Below are positions 17,746-31,614 of a DNA stretch of 64,000 nt, piece after piece. Position 1 is the first letter of the stretch. Every line of letters begins with the position of its first letter. The notes under the pieces were generated by a model. That model searched no databases, was not told the DNA's origin, and saw nothing but the letters and a program-made list of their open reading frames with translations. The position numbers and the translations under genes were made by a program. Source of the DNA: the human T2T-CHM13v2.0 reference genome, Homo sapiens; assembly GCF_009914755.1 (NCBI RefSeq), contig NC_060930.1. One strand, given 5' to 3'.

Positions 17746-20700
17746 CTCTTCTTAATCTTTGTTCTTCTTCCTAATCTCCCTTGTTCATAAGAAGTGATGT
17801 ATAAATGCTCATTAATCCATTAATTGGCATCAAAATACTATAAAACTTTTTCTCAATTGGACAGTGTGGCTGCTAGTTAGAAGAAAATGACTCTCAGAGG
17901 AGCAAACTCCACTCCTACGCTAGCCAGATGGTATGGCAATGAGGTGATGGGTTCCTTTTCTCCTGGGTGGAAGAAAGGACTGCACGTATGAACATGATGC
18001 AAAGCAAATAATCTAGAGGTGACTGAAGCATGACATCACAGTGAGCCTATAAAGCCACATATACAGTTTGCTCAATGGGACAAAGTCTTTATTAATACAA
18101 TTATAATTTAATAAATATAACATTGTTTTATTACTCTTTTGATTATCATTTACTGATGGTATCTGGAACACGGAATTTGACATATGAACACTCAATATAC
18201 ATATGACAAAGACAAAAGTACAAGGAAGAAAATGAAGAAATAACACCGGCATGATGCCAATGATATGGGAATTTATTATCAGAGTCAATAAGTCAATTCT
18301 CTTTATCTTTAGGACCTGAACTTGGACAATATTCAGGTTCATAGATAGATGCAACATTTACTATGTTATTCAAAGTGGGAAATTTTATGAGCAAAAGTAG
18401 CAAAAGATTTAAACAAAAACTGTGTTATAAAAATTGTCACTCAACTTAGAGCATTAGTGCTAACTGTGCAGGCACTAAGAACATAGGAGCCTGTTGATAT
18501 TTTTCTCATCTTTTACTGCAGATTTAAAAGTAAAATATTCAAACATTCAAATAACAACAATAAGTAAGTTCCAATATTTACTAGTCAGTTTCTAGCATGT
18601 AGTAAACCATAGAGACCCTACTAGCTGAATAACTTGGAATGGACTACTTTCCTGCTCTACCAACAAGGGCCTTGTTAGTGTGGCTATTCACAAAGATGGG
18701 GAATATATTTTTCTTTTCAATTTATATTTTTAAATATGCACATATGCCAGACACTGAGCTATATCCTAGAGATATACTCAATAAGGCAGAATCTGCCCTT
18801 GAAGATTTACAGTGGTGCAGAATATGAGACAGGCTATTCTTCAGTTTCAGTCTTATGCACTAATATATACATATACATTTTAAAAATTATCTCATTTAAA
18901 TTATTCATCACATCATTTCCCTCCATTGGTGCAGAAAATTAATCAAAGAGATTGAGGAAGAGAGAAACAGATTTAAAGCCAGATTTTATTAGATACAACT
19001 TAAAAATTATTAAAATATTGATTTACTCATCATTAAAAATATCTCTTTCCAGGAAATCCAAAGTCTTGCACTGTAACAAAGGAATTGCCTCATCTGTCAG
19101 TCAATTACACTCAACTCATTGAGAACATATGCCAATCATATCCCCATGCATAACAATCAATCAATCAACTAAAAAGTAACTGTACAGTGCATACAATGTA
19201 GGCAAAATGCCAAAACTCTCTTTTTTTATTGGCATTATTGGAGGTATTTGAATTTTTAAATGGAAAGTTACCAGTATGTAACCCTTTTTGGAATGTTAGC
19301 TGTCAGCCATCATGAAACAAATACAGCACAAGAGCTAGAAAGACCACACTGTTATCATAATCTCCATTAAAAGCAAAATGATAGTTCCTTCAGCATTGAA
19401 TCATTACCTTATATGGCTTACAGTCAGTAAACTCTACTCACCAATATAATATTTCATGTATCTCCAGGCTTTTGTTGAAAGCCTTGCAACTGCGATGTCC
19501 TATCCATCTTACCCTGAAAATGTTAATTATGAAATTAGAGCTTACAAAGCTATGCCTGCCAGTAGAGTCATGTGATATCATGATGTCACATACCAGTAAC
19601 TGAGCTTTGGTGTTTATGACTCATACAAGTAATCCATAATAAATCAGGCAGGCAGGGCTATTTGTGAGTCATTTAGCTATAAGATTTCCTTCTTGCTTGC
19701 TGAATGTTCCTGAAGAATTTGCATCTCATATATGTTGTACATGGTTCACATTAATAAATTCATTGATTTAAAAATCTATGTTGCTAAGCAAAACCTTATA
19801 TCAATCAGTGGTTGATTGAACTTGAGGACTGAGTTCCTTTTTTCCTTTTAAATATATGCAATAAAGGAAAGCAATAATATTAGTCCCAGAAAAATTTGTA
19901 GTCTTTCCTTAAAATTTGTGAATAACAACAGAAGTAAACCTGAATTATAAGAAGACATAAATTTTAATCTGAATTAGAATGTATCAATCATGTTCTAGAA
20001 ACATATTATTCTGGAAGATGAGATAAATGGATCACTACAGGAATGTGTAATAGCCAACTTAATACTTGGCAATGTTACTTCATTCAAACATTCCATTGAC
20101 CTCATACACAATACATGATTTTTCTTTAAGTACAGACTGCTCACCTAGATTTACCAACAGATTTAGATCTATTATTTATTCAAAGAAAACACAACGACCA
20201 CAAAGATTACATGAAATTATTTTAATTCTACTGTTCTCTGTGATCTTTCTGTAAGACTAAACAATAAGTCAATAAAATTTGTCTGTGGTAAAACAAGGTT
20301 AATAATATGGCACTGCCTAATAGAAATGCTTGAGAATTAGCTAACTACTTGCCTTAAAGTACACATAATATTTTAAATAAAAAGACTATGACCTTAATGT
20401 AGTTTAGAAACCACAGGAAAAGTACTAGCTACATATATTTATACATAATTATTAAGATCATTATCTTCTATTCTGTCTTACTTGACAAGGGATTGAAGAA
20501 GGAAAATTCAATTCCACTATGCAATTTTTGTGATATTAGATTGGCAAAATTCTAACACTCAAGACAACTCTGTCCTTGGTGCTTCACTAGTGCCTCCTTC
20601 CTCAATCTTCAGCACTGCTGAGATATGCTTTTTCCTTTCTCCACTTACTTTCAAAAGCCAAGAGTCTGAGTCATTGCAGCAGGACTCGTGGTAAGGGCTG

Positions 20701-21469
20701 AATATGTATTGTGATTTTAGGGGGTTGAAAAGTCCTGCTGTCAGAATTCTGTACCTTTACAGTGCCATAAATGCTAGCATCCAGGTCACCTCTGTGAATC
20801 AAACCCTCTCTCTAATTGGCTTCTAGTAAAATGCATGCAAGTTGATATGGTGAAGATGAGGCGCCTGGAGAAAAAGTACTCATTAGCACACACCTTGACC
20901 ACACCTTTGAAAAAAGAGCAGAAGCTTGAGTGCACATAATACAGAAGAACTACAATTGGATGACCTGTGCTTGGAGTGCCACTTAGGGAAGGCAAGACAG
21001 ATAAGGCAAAAATGAGGTTGGCTATTGGCATGATAGGGAGGAACTAAACCATTCAGATAAGGCCCTGGAAAGAGAACTGCCTAGGAAGTTGACTGGAGAA
21101 TTGTGGCCAACTCGTATACCACACGTCTAAGTCAAGTTCTCACTTCTAAAGGGTGTAAAGCTCACCCAGGAATCTCTTAATTAGAATGCATGTAATTGAA
21201 TTCCAACAAAGAAAGGGTGTTGCCATTTGAATAGGAATCAGTGTAAACTGACTTAGGTAGCAAATGTCACAGCATTTTTAGGATTCTTTCAGGCATTTAT
21301 AATACTCTTGAGTTTTACATAGTTAAACTTAATATATAAATATGAAGATGAAACTAATTTGCTCTAAATTATTATTTTATAAGTTAAAAGTAAACTACAT
21401 CAAACACAGCAAAATAATAATAGAAGTGGATGAATTCAGGACAAAGCAGGTCAAAAGAGATAAGGTGAC

Positions 21470-21650
21470 CTAGTACTACAGAGTCAAGCAGACCAGGAAT
21501 TGAATCCTAGTAACTCATCCTACTTGAAGTCTTAGTTTACTAACCTGTAAAATAGGTAAAATAAGATCTACCCATTAGGGTTATACATGAATTGACTAGC
21601 AAAGTGCTCAGTGAAATAGTAACCATCATTAGACAATTATTATTATTGTT
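21470..21650 (+). mobile_element. MIR
   Basis: gagtcaagcagaccagg...cttagtttactaacctgtaaaatagg core. Confidence 0.7.
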
Positions 21651-21815
21651 GTTGCTACTACTGTAACCAGTATATACAATAAGGGCAAGACGTTTTCAAA
21701 GAAAGTATACAATTCTGTGAACTTTGGCACTCCGACACAGTTTTGAGGAAGAGACTGGGGTTGTGCTGTTGTTTGAATTTTGAGTAGATTATATGCGAAG
21801 AGAGGATTCTGTTAG

Positions 21816-22139
<324 letters not shown>

Positions 22140-22439
22140 TGACATGATTTAAAGAGATAGTGAGTAGACTGATTTAATAAGAAAACAATTTTAAGTAGGC
22201 ATGGGTAATATGGGAGAAAGGGTAAGTTGGGGCCTGATTTTAAATGATTCTGATTATCTATAAATGATCCTGAATATCTGCCAGCCCTTAGGCTTTTTTC
22301 TATGGACAATTGATAGTGGCTTGGGTTATGATTAATAGGCCAGAGTGAGATGCTTGGTCATAGTCTGTTGGGCTATTCTCAATGCTGACATTTTAAATGG
22401 GTTATCAAAGACCTAGCCTACATAAGTAGCCAAAGAGTT

Positions 22440-23320
22440 ACTCCAGAGCCAGAGAATTGAGAGTTCCATTCTATTCTTCACTGCGCAGATCACACTGGAA
22501 GCAGGGGACATGTTCACAAACAATTAAACATGATAATTAGAAAACTAGAAACTTTGTCATCAAAAGGTCTGTGGAAAGGGCTGGGTGTTGTCAAACAAAA
22601 AGCTTATAGGCACTTTTTGATATCTGACAGAAAGGTTTTATTTCTGCCTATGAGCATAGGACAAATTGCAAAAGAATTCACTTTTCAGAATAACTGGTGT
22701 TCCAAAATAAAAAGAGGAGTTATTTATACTATATTACATAGCATAAATATTGTATCTTGTGTTTTCTGTAGCTAATAGTATATTATATTCTAGTAATTCT
22801 ACTCTGTATTTATATTTCAAATAATTATTTAAAGTAAAAAATGTTAATTGGATAACATTTCAGTCATTTTGATATAGACCAGGCATTTCTGTGCTTGATA
22901 ATAAGAGAAAGGAATTTTCTGGTATGTAGCATGATTCAAAGCTATCTGAGTCTGTTTGTAAACTGTGTCTTTAAGGAATGTAAGACATTTAGAAATACAA
23001 ATCCTTCTGAGCTATGGAATGTGACAGGCTCAATGTCCAACCAGGGATGGGCTAAGCTAATAGCAAAACATCGATGTTTTCTTTTTTTTCAAATTCTATA
23101 TGTTTAGCTTGGGAAGTGAATATTTAGGAAGGCCATGTTTAGCAAATGTTCAAGTAATTAACAGGCTGTCATGTGGAAAAGGATAGACTTATCCTTTGTA
23201 GTGTCACAGAGTAGAACTAGTTCTGTGGGTAAAAGACATAAAAAGACCAATTTTAGCTTTGCATAAAAAAATTGTATAAAATTGGCTGAAAATAGCTTAG
23301 CTTGCTTCGTGAAGATGGGA
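22440..23320 (+). mobile_element. L3/CR1 relic fragments
   Basis: ttcaagtaattaacaggctgtcatgtggaaaaggatagacttatcc resembles the L3 3' region. Confidence 0.5.
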
Positions 23321-23389
23321 ATATTAATGCCAAATGTGGGTGATCAGTAATTTGTGAAGCAGGAAGGAGCTATCAATTAACTAATTCAG

Positions 23390-23530
23390 TAATTTTCATT
23401 CTGCTTGCATATTAGCATTACCAGAAAGGTTTTTGTAAAGCTACACTGACACCAGGGTCCCACCTCAGATCAATTCAGCAGAACCCCTGGTGTAAAGTCT
23501 ATTGATATTGATGGCTTTATTAAGCAGCAG
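23390..23530. mobile_element. MER5-like hAT DNA transposon relic
   Basis: gcatattagcattacc...ccagggtcccacctcagatcaatt. Confidence 0.5.
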
Positions 23531-24994
23531 GGGTGTGAATCGAGACATTAGCTAAGGTAAGTCTATATGGTCCTACAGCATCCACCCTGTCTGTGCCATG
23601 AAGAAAGAGAGTACCACACAGAATCACTATTAGAAAAGTCAATCATAAAATGCTATGCAGAATGGATTGGGGGTAATCATGTTCATAGGCAACAAAAACA
23701 AGGTATGCTGTGAATCCAGCTGCCAGATGCTGGAGACTGCTACAAAGAATATGCATTGCTTTTATAATACAAAAAATAAGTTATTTTAAATTAGCAGTAA
23801 ATGATAAGAAAAATAAATGAAAATTTGAGACTATTCCAGACTTATCTTCAGTCCCACCTTTGCTCCCACCTCTACCCTTATTCCTATCACATGCACTTAT
23901 ATTCTGGCCACAATCGGTTTCTCAAGATTCTGCAAATATTTTAAATAGTTTCACGCTCCTCTAATTTCAGTTATTGAAATCAATCTCCTAAGTTTTTACT
24001 TGGGAGGTTACTAAGAGTAAGCAAAGTTACTCTTAGGAGGTTTACTCTAGAGAGAGTTAAACTCTCAAGGATGGCTTTATGTATTGGGTCAACCAGTTCA
24101 CTTAGTAAACATAAGTGCTTCATATACTAATTAGATAACAATCTGAAAATGAAGACCTGGCATTGTTGATCTGGTAACTCAGGATTTGTTTCTCTTTCTG
24201 GGCATACAAGATTAAATATATTTTTGGAAAAACAAACTTTATTTCCATCTATTCTCCTACACAACATTTATACTATTACAACATTATGTCACTCATTATT
24301 CTTAAACAGCTCCCTAGGTTTTTGTATATTCACTCCATTCCCTATCAAATATCTGCTCCATTTCTCCATGCCAAAAACTATAAATTTAGTCATAGCATTA
24401 TTTATTATATTAAAACATTAAAAACAACATAGAAGTCAATCACAGAGACTATTATAGTCCACTCTTTGTTCTCCACTTTGTACCTGAGACTAGAACTCAT
24501 CATTTTTACCTGTGTCTTGATTACTTGATATAAAGTCCACTTTTATCAATTCTCTTATAGCTAGTCATGGCTATGTGACTAAGTTCTACTCTTTGGATAT
24601 AAATAAAATGGTGTGTGCAACTCGTGAAAATGCCCTTCCCCATATTTACTTGACTCCATCCTCCTGAACCATGAGAAAGAGATAGCCTGGGCCTGGGATT
24701 CTACATTATGTGGTATCATACCAGCCCAGAGCTTCTTTTATTCATGTAAGAAATAAACTTTTGCCTTGTTTAATCCACTCAGTTTTGTTTTTCTCCCACT
24801 TGCAGCCCAAGTTGAAACTAAAAACATACAGCTTTCTACTTGAGGGAACAGGTTAAAAAAATTATTCAGACATTAAAAAGAAGTATCCAAATAGAAATAT
24901 AATCACAATCTATTGAGTGTAAATACCAGATTACAAAATAACATTTACAGTATAATCTCATTATTATAAAAACATCTGAAAGCATAGAAAACAC

Positions 24995-25431
24995 TGTATT
25001 AGCTATTGACAAAATTGTCCTTCATAACAAACCACCCCAAAACTCAGTGGATTAAAACAGTGATTTATTCTTGATCACATGCTGTTGGTTGTTTGATGAT
25101 TATTGGCTAATCTAGGCTAGACTTTTTTGAAATTGGCTTCAAGGTGTTGACAGGATTCAGGCCTTCTTTGTAAGTCTGTATCCTTTTTGGATTAGGAAGT
25201 AGCTTATTTTTTTCATGGCAGAAATGTAAGAAAGCAGTCACATTTCAAGCCACTGCTTGTGTCACGTCTGCTAATATCACACTGACCAAAGCAAGTCACA
25301 TGGATAATTCAGAAATCAAGACACAGGAAAGAATACACAACCTTTAGTTGGAGGGAATGCATGTCACCTAACAAATACCATAGATATATGGGAGGGATAA
25401 AAAATTGGAATCAGTAATTCAATCCTCCACA
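24995..25431 (-). mobile_element. MLT1 (I/J-like) MaLR LTR
   Basis: tgtattagct...acaaaccaccccaaaactcagtgg...caaagcaagtcacatgg...ccaca. Confidence 0.75.
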
Positions 25432-25733
25432 AACAAAACATTGATATTGACCTCAGGCTTATAGATGATTTTATTTCCTTCTATTTGAAGCTTATTTTGT
25501 CTAATTTATGAGAAATAAATAGGTTTATTTATAGAATAAGTTCATAAAATTAAGTTTTAAAACATAATACCCATGCTTCAAGGCTCATCTCAATGCTACT
25601 TTCTTTTTAAAGCCTTTTTAGAGACTCCAACAAGTGCTAACTAACATTTTTCTCCTCTGAACTACGATTTATTTCTACTTATATCCTATATATAGAACTT
25701 GTCAGATATTTTTTGAAATATTATTGGTATTTA

Positions 25734-26123
<390 letters not shown>

Positions 26124-27610
26124 TTAGACCAAGTTTTTCACATAGAAGTTACTGAAAAAATATTTTTGAAAATGAATGAATTGGTAAAGTATAATCAAAT
26201 TTTTTAAATACGACACTTTGTATAGGAAAAATATTTACAAATTATTCACAAAACAGATATTGACAGGTCATACACAAAAATATGGAGCCCATGCAAAAAT
26301 AGTATTCATTAGGAGAGATTCTCATGAGAAATGCTGTTTACCTGATTTGCCCACTCTGATCACCTGAATCTTGACTCTTGCAAACAGACAGGGATACATC
26401 CATTTTTGAATAGCCAATTTTTTTACCTTAGGGCATTATGAATACCACAAAAAAGTTAAATGCAAATGACTGTGTGGAATATGAGCCATCCTCTGGGAAC
26501 TCTCATGAATAACTTGAAGAAACTTAAATGGTGGGATTGAGATTCTGCTCTTATAAAGGTGGGGAATATATTTTGCATGCAATATTAATATGCCCTTATT
26601 CATTTCCATTGGCAGGTAAGGAAAGGCTTACATACATACAGTCAAATCTACTGGATATAGAGTGGGTTGTTATCAATCTCTAGGGCTTTCTTATTTTTGA
26701 CTTTGGGAAAAGCCTCATTTAAGGGAATAGCTATATCAGGTCCAATTCTCTCTTCCAGATGTCTCCTGTAATTCTTCCTTTATGCCGCTTGGTCTATGCA
26801 AGGTATATCAGATCTTTCTTTCACACTCTGCTGTTTACATTTTAATGGACTTTTGAAAAGTACTACTACTCATTAACGGGTTTCCTCAGAAGTCTTATCT
26901 CTCCAAAGTGGTCTGATAGATGCTGGGCATGACCATGAGTGCCATAGCTCTCTATATCTCTGAGAGGAGGACTCTTGACTTGTGTTCTACGATGTGAGAT
27001 AAGGAAGACGCAGTGTGAAAGAAAGTTTAATAATCTCTTTTTGGCTGGCTGATTCCCGTCCTGGTGGAAGTGATACCTGAGAATTTGAAAACAAATGTGC
27101 AACTATACAAAACCAAGAGGCCACAGACACTATATCAGACTATTAAAACACAATGATTTATTGTGAATTAAACACAGCAAGCTCATCTTGGTTGACCAAG
27201 ATGGGTCAAACCATCGAGATTGGTTTTACTTCTCGTTGCTATGGGCCCTTTAAGAAGTAAGAGTTATTCTCCTCCAGCTTCTCAAAGGGGCAGCTGGTTT
27301 GTATTTGTAAAGCATAAATTTTCCTTCTTTGGATAAGAATGTCCTGGGAAAAAGAAAATAGTCTTTATATGTTTTAGCCCTGAAAAGAAGTTGCAAGCAT
27401 AAATGCAAACCCTGATGGGAGCTCTTTAATCTTTGGGGCAAGCAATGTATCTGGAAAGAAAAAGTGATGGCAGCTTTAAATTTGGAGTTGAGTTGTGTAT
27501 GTGGGGAAGGGCATAGGAAGAGGAGACTCCCAGGGACATGGGAGTTCTGTGAGGGGTAAAGGGGCCCGAGAGAGCTAACTTTCAACATCTTTCTTAGGAG
27601 TCAAGATCTC

Positions 27611-27620
27611 AAAGAAAAGA

Positions 27621-27712
<92 letters not shown>

Positions 27713-27718
27713 AAAGAA
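27611..27718. repeat. Compound tetranucleotide STR (AAGC)7(AAGA)~16
   Basis: Read directly from the sequence. Confidence 0.97.
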
Positions 27719-28140
27719 ACAGCACAACTTCCTAGGTGCCTGTGAGCACTAGGGGCCCTAAGAAAACAGTACAGCCTGGGAGCCCAAGCAATGGGCCCTC
27801 AAGATAGAACCTGGGCCTAAGGGATAAGAAGCACAAGCAGAGTTGCCCAATTGAATAAGTTCCACTGGTTTTGGTAGGAAACTGGGAAAAACTCCCCATT
27901 AGATGCAACTTTAGTGTTGAAAAGAGACAAGAGCTTAGAGCCTCTCAAGATATTCTGTATCCACTAAAAACTAAGGTTGCTATGGAAACCATGAACATTT
28001 TTTTTCTAAACCAAATAAATACATAAGTCTACATGACTGTCCAAATGCAAGGATAGAAAAGGAGTTTCCAGAAAAGCATTTATAGAGATAGCTCTGTCTG
28101 CATAAACTTGAATTGGGCAATCTAAAACCCCATGACATCA

Positions 28141-30965
28141 TTTTTTTTTAAACTGTGGTCAGAACCCTTATCATGAGATCTACCTTCTTAACAAAATTTT
28201 AAATATACAATATTTTAAACTATAGGCACAATGTTGTAGAGCAGATCTCTAGAACTTTCCCATCTTACATAACTGAAACATTAGACTTGTTGGATAATAG
28301 CCCATTTTCTTCTTCCCTCACTTCCTGGGAACCACCATTCTCCCTGCTTCTATGTATTTGAATATTTTATATACCTCATATAAGTGGTATCATGCCATAT
28401 TTGTTCTTTTGTGACTGACTTATATCACTTAGCTTGATGTCCTCCTGGTCATTCATGTGGTCGCATATGGCAGGATTTCCTTTTTTTTTTTTTCTTTTTT
28501 TTTTTTTTGAGTTGGGGTCTCACTCTGTTACCCAGGCTGGAGTGCATAGTGCAATCTCAGCTCACTGCAGCCTCCTCCCCTCGGGTTCAAACGATTCTCA
28601 TGCCTCAGCCTCCCCAGTAGCTGGGATTACACGTGGGCACCACCACAGCTGGCTAATTTTTGTATTTTTAGTAGAGATGGGGTTTCACCATTTTGGCCAG
28701 GCTGGTCTCGATCTCAGATGATCCACCCACCTCAGCCTCCTGAAGTGTTGGGATTACAGGCATGAGCCACCGTGCCCAGCAGGATTTCCTTTTTTAAGGC
28801 TGAGTAACATTCTATTGTATGTCTGTGTCATACTTTATTTATTTATCCATCAATGAACATTTAAATTGTTTCCACATCTTATCTATTGTGAATAATGCTA
28901 CAATAAACATGGGAGTGCAAATATCTCTTTGAGATCTTGATTTCACTTCTTTTTGATAAATAGCTAGAATGGGATTACTGGATTATATGATATTTTTACT
29001 TTTAATTTTTTGAGGAACCTCTGTAGCAACTGTACTATTTTTCATTCCCACAGATAGTGGAAACAGGTTCCAATTTCTGCATGCCTCTCCAACAGTCATT
29101 ACCATTTTTTTTTTACCATAGCTATCCTACAGGTATGAAGTGATATTTTGTTGTGATTAAGATTTGCATTTTTATAATGATTAGTAATTTTTAGCATCTT
29201 TTCATACACCTATTGGCCATTTGTATGTCTTCTCTGGAGAAATGTCTATTCAAGTCCTTTGCCCATTGTCTTAATCAGGTTATTTGCATTTGTGGGTGTG
29301 TGTGAGAGAGTGTGTGTGTTTTGTTTTTGTTTTTTGTTTTTATTTTTGTTCTGCTATTAAGTTGAAGGAATTTCTTATTTATTTTGAATATTAACCCCTT
29401 ATCAGATATGCAGTTTGCAAGTATTTTCTCCCATTCCATAGACTGCCTCTTCATGTGGTTGATTGGTTCCTTTGTTGTGCAGAAGCTTTTTAGTTTGATG
29501 TAGTCGTACTTGTTCCTTTTTTTCTGTTGCTTGTGCTTTTGATGTCATATCCAAAAAAGTATTTCCAAAACCAATCTCATGAAGTGTTTCCCTTATGTTT
29601 ATTTCTAGTAGTTTTACAGCTTCACATTTTCTGACTAAGCCTTTAATCCATTTCCAGTTGATTTTTAAAAGATAGGGGTTCAATTTTATTATTTTGCAAT
29701 TGTGTGGCCAGTTTTCTTAATACCATTTGTTGAAGATACCAGCCTTTCCCCATGTGTATTCTTGGCACCTTTGTTGAAGATCAATTGATCTTCATGTATA
29801 AGTGTATTTCTAGGCTGTCTATTCTGTTCAATTGGTCTATATGTCTATCTTTATGCCTGTACTATATTATTTTAATTACTGTAACTTTAAAATATTTTGA
29901 AGTTATAAATAATAATACCTGCAACTTTGTTCTTTTTTCTCAATATTGATTTGGCTATTTGTAGTCTTTCTGGTTCCCTATGAATCTTAGGATTCCTTTT
30001 TTTTCCTATCTCTGTAAAACAAATTCCATTGGAATTTTAATAGGATTACACTGAATCTGTAAACCACTTTGGGTAGTACAGATATTCTAACAATATATTA
30101 AGTCTTCTAATCCATGAACATGGGATGACTTTCCATTTATTTCTTTGTACTATAATTTTATCCATCAATATTTTCTAGTTTTCAGTGTAGAAGTTTCTCA
30201 CCTTCTTAGTTTATTTCTATTTTTCTTCTTGATGCTATTGTAAATAATTTTTTAAAAAAAATTTATTCTCAGATAATTTGTTCTTAGTGTATGGAATTAC
30301 AACTGATTTTTTTGTATGTTGATTTGTATCCTTCAATTTTATTGAATTTGTTTATTAGTTTGAATATTTTGTGTTTGTGTGTGTGTGTGGAGTCTTTGTG
30401 ATTTTCTACATATAAGATCCTGTCACTTGCAAACAGAGATAATTTTACTTATTCTTTTCTGATTTGGATGCCTCTTAACTTTTTTTTTTTTTTTTGCCTA
30501 ATTTACCAAACTGAATTCAATAGCACATTAAAGGGAGCATACACTAAGTCCTAGTGGCATTTGTTCCTGGAATGCAAAGATGGTTCAACATCTACAAATC
30601 AATTAGTGTGACATAACACATTAACAGAATGAAGGATATAAATGACATGATCATCTCAACACATGAAGAGAAGGCATTTGACAAAACTCAACACCATTTC
30701 ATGACAAGACTCAACAAATTAGAAAAATAGAAGAAAATAAACTTAACATAATAAAGGCCATATAAAAATGTCCAAATAAAAAGGCCATATATTAAAAGTC
30801 CACATAAAAGGCCATATATAATAAATTTCATCATTGTCAATATGAAAAACAGAGCTTTATCCTCTATGATGAAGAACAAGGCAAGGGTGCCCACTCTTGC
30901 CACTTCTATTTAACATTAATACTGGAGGTCTTAGCCAGAACAACTAGACAAGAAAAAGAAATAAA
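28141..30965 (-). mobile_element. L1MA9/L1MB-like element with an inverted 5' segment (minus 28141-30503, plus 30504-30965)
   Basis: Reverse 3' end catgagatctaccttcttaacaaa; ORF2 on the minus strand to …gcctaatt, then plus-strand ORF2 aaactgaattcaatagcacatt…gacaagaaaaagaaataaaa. Confidence 0.85.
28481..28780 (-). mobile_element. AluS inside L1M
   Basis: TSD aggatttccttttt. Confidence 0.95.
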
Positions 30966-31547
30966 ATTGAAATTGCTTTTGTATTCTGAGTATGCTATGG
31001 TGGAGCAAATGACAACTACTACACTAACAATATTGCCATATCATTAATAATTTAGAATATTTCTATTTAATTTTCTTGCCCAATAATGGATGAAGCTTTA
31101 TTTAAAATATAGTGCCCAGTGAGTTTGATATATAAAACAGATAATTAAATTGTGGTACAGAATTTTTAGCTATTCAGTTTGAAAATAAATATTACACTAT
31201 TGGTTTTCTTAAACGCATTGGAATAACATCCCTGATATTTTAGTTTTACAGGTTAGAAGTATATTAATCAAGGTCAGGTTGTATGAAAGATATTCTTATA
31301 ATAATAAATTAACTTCTAATTCTCTTATATGAAAATATTCTCAAGTGATTGGCAATAGGACAGGTGTACAGGTAGAAAATGTATGTGCCTGACTGCATAA
31401 GTTTTTAGATTATGATTTTTCATGTTTTATTAGTCTGAAATTTTTATTATATTATTCCATTTATTATTCCTGATATTGTATAATAGTTATAACAGTTATA
31501 TTTCCCCCTACACTCCCATCAGAGATACTGAGATGCTTCTTAATTGA

Positions 31548-31614
31548 ATATATATATGTACATATACATATATACATAGAGAGAGAGAGACAGAGAGAGA
31601 GAGAGAAAGAGAGA
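31548..31614. repeat. (TA)n/(GA)n microsatellite
   Basis: Read directly from the sequence. Confidence 0.85.

Noticed and set aside
18013-18357. 114-aa minus-strand ORF in unique DNA
   Set aside because: AT-rich hydrophobic composition, no recognisable domain and no clear splice structure.
27184-27203. Palindrome catcttggt-tg-accaagatg
   Set aside because: A 9-bp stem is close to chance expectation in 64 kb and has no supporting context.
30751-30821. Short regularly spaced repeats as a CRISPR-like array
   Set aside because: They are degenerate tandem copies inside L1 with no unique spacers or cas genes, in a human sequence.
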